Assembly (NCBI GenBank): GCA_053919585.1
Contig: CM132828.1
From: Euprymna scolopes
Taxonomy: Eukaryota
DNA: 64,000 bases
Direction: 5' to 3' (one strand)
A program made the position numbers and the translations under genes. A model generated the notes under the pieces. It was not told the DNA's origin. It searched no databases and saw nothing but the letters and a program-made list of their open reading frames with translations. Of the stretch, positions 62,801 through 64,000 are shown one piece after another (position 1 is the stretch's first letter; each line of letters begins with the position of its first letter).

Positions 62801-64000
62801 GAACCTCTGTTCGAAAATGTCAGCAATATGAACCCCATTCAAAAATCTCAGCTATGAACCTCTGTTCGAAAATGTCAGCAATATGGACCTCCATTTGAAA
62901 ATCTCAGCTATGAACCTCTGTTCGAAAATGTCAGCAATATGAACCCCATTTGAAAATCTCAGCTATGAACCTCTGTTCGAAAATGTCAGCAATATGGACC
63001 TCTATTTGAAAATCTCAGCTATGCAGCTCTGTTCGAAAATGTCAGCAATATGGACCTCCATTTGAAAATCTCAGCTATGCAGCTCTGTTCGAAAATGTCA
63101 GCAATATGAACCGCATTTGAAAATCTCAGCTATGAACCTCTGTTCGAAAATGTCAGCAATATGAACCCCATTTGAAAATCTCAGCTATGAACCTCTATTT
63201 GAAAATGTCAGCAATATGAACCCCATTTGAAAATCTCAGCTATGCAGCTCTGTTCGAAAATGTCAGCAATATGGACCTCTATTTGAAAATCTCAGCTATG
63301 CAGCTCTGTTCGAAAATGTCAGCAATATGGACCTCCATTTGAAAATCTCAGCTATGCAGCTCTGTTCGAAAATGTCAGCAATATGAACCGCATTTGAAAA
63401 TCTCAGCTATGAACCTCTGTTCGAAAATGTCAGCAATATGAACCCCATTTGAAAATCTCAGCTATGAACCTCTGTTCGAAAATGTCAGCAATATGGACCT
63501 CTATTTGAAAATCTCAGCTATGCAGCTCTGTTCGAAAATGTCAGCAATATGAACCGCATTTGAAAATCTCAGCTATGAACCTCTGTTCGAAAATGTCAGC
63601 AATATGAACCGCATTTGAAAATCTCAGCTATGAACCTCTGTTCGAAAATGTCAGCAATATGAACCCCATTTGAAAATCTCAGCTATGCAGCTCTGTTCGA
63701 AAATGTCAGCAATATGAACCGCATTTGAAAATCTCAGCTATGAACCTCTGTTCGAAAATGTCAGCAATATGGACCTCCATTTGAAAATCTCAGCTATGAA
63801 CCTCTGTTCGAAAATGTCAGCAATATGAACCCCATTTGAAAATCTCAGCTATGCAGCTCTGTTCGAAAATGTCAGCAATATGAACCGCATTTGAAAATCT
63901 CAGCTATGAACCTCTGTTCGAAAATGTCAGCAATATGAACCGCATTTGAAAATCTCAGCTATGAACCTCTGTTCGAAAATGTCAGCAATATGAACCCCAT
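23895..64000. repeat. Satellite DNA array, 55/56-bp monomer, about 725 copies, continuing past the window end
   Basis: Consensus GAAAATCTCAGCTATGAACCTCTGTTC (27 bp) + GAAAATGTCAGCAATATGAACCCCATTT (28 bp). Head-to-tail with no inversion or TE insertion seen. Copy number is length divided by unit size. Confidence 0.98.

Noticed and set aside
23895-64000. CRISPR array, or the coding ORFs inside the repeat (25775, 28649, 29973, 23838)
   Set aside because: There are no unique spacers and no cas genes. The 55/56-bp period shifts frame and carries frequent stops, so the ORFs are chance read-throughs.
24000-64000. Heat-shock element array from TTCGAA repeats
   Set aside because: TTC and GAA are adjacent, not in the nGAAnnTTCn spacing.

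Overview
AT-rich eukaryotic (probably invertebrate metazoan) DNA. There is no intact protein-coding gene. The first ~23.9 kb is a graveyard of nested transposable elements: two CR1/Zenon-like LINE families, two mariner relics, Helitron pieces, R4/Dong-like RLE retrotransposon pieces, Penelope-like remnants, an LTR remnant, several SINEs and MITEs, microsatellites and five N-runs. From ~23.9 kb to the end runs a ~40 kb satellite array of 55/56-bp monomers, each made of 27-bp and 28/29-bp subunits. The most notable observations are four. (1) A short retroposon family (4 copies, two with clear target-site duplications) carries the 5' part of U2 snRNA, including the branch-point recognition sequence, always followed by an antisense arm that folds back over it. 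(2) Four hammerhead ribozyme motifs lie in Penelope-like sequence next to (TA)n tracts. (3) A 145-bp TTAGGG cassette is bounded by perfect 21-bp inverted repeats. (4) The satellite has readable internal history: higher-order repeats, CpG decay and a 2.7-kb duplication. All calls come from manual reading; family names rest on recalled motifs, not database searches.
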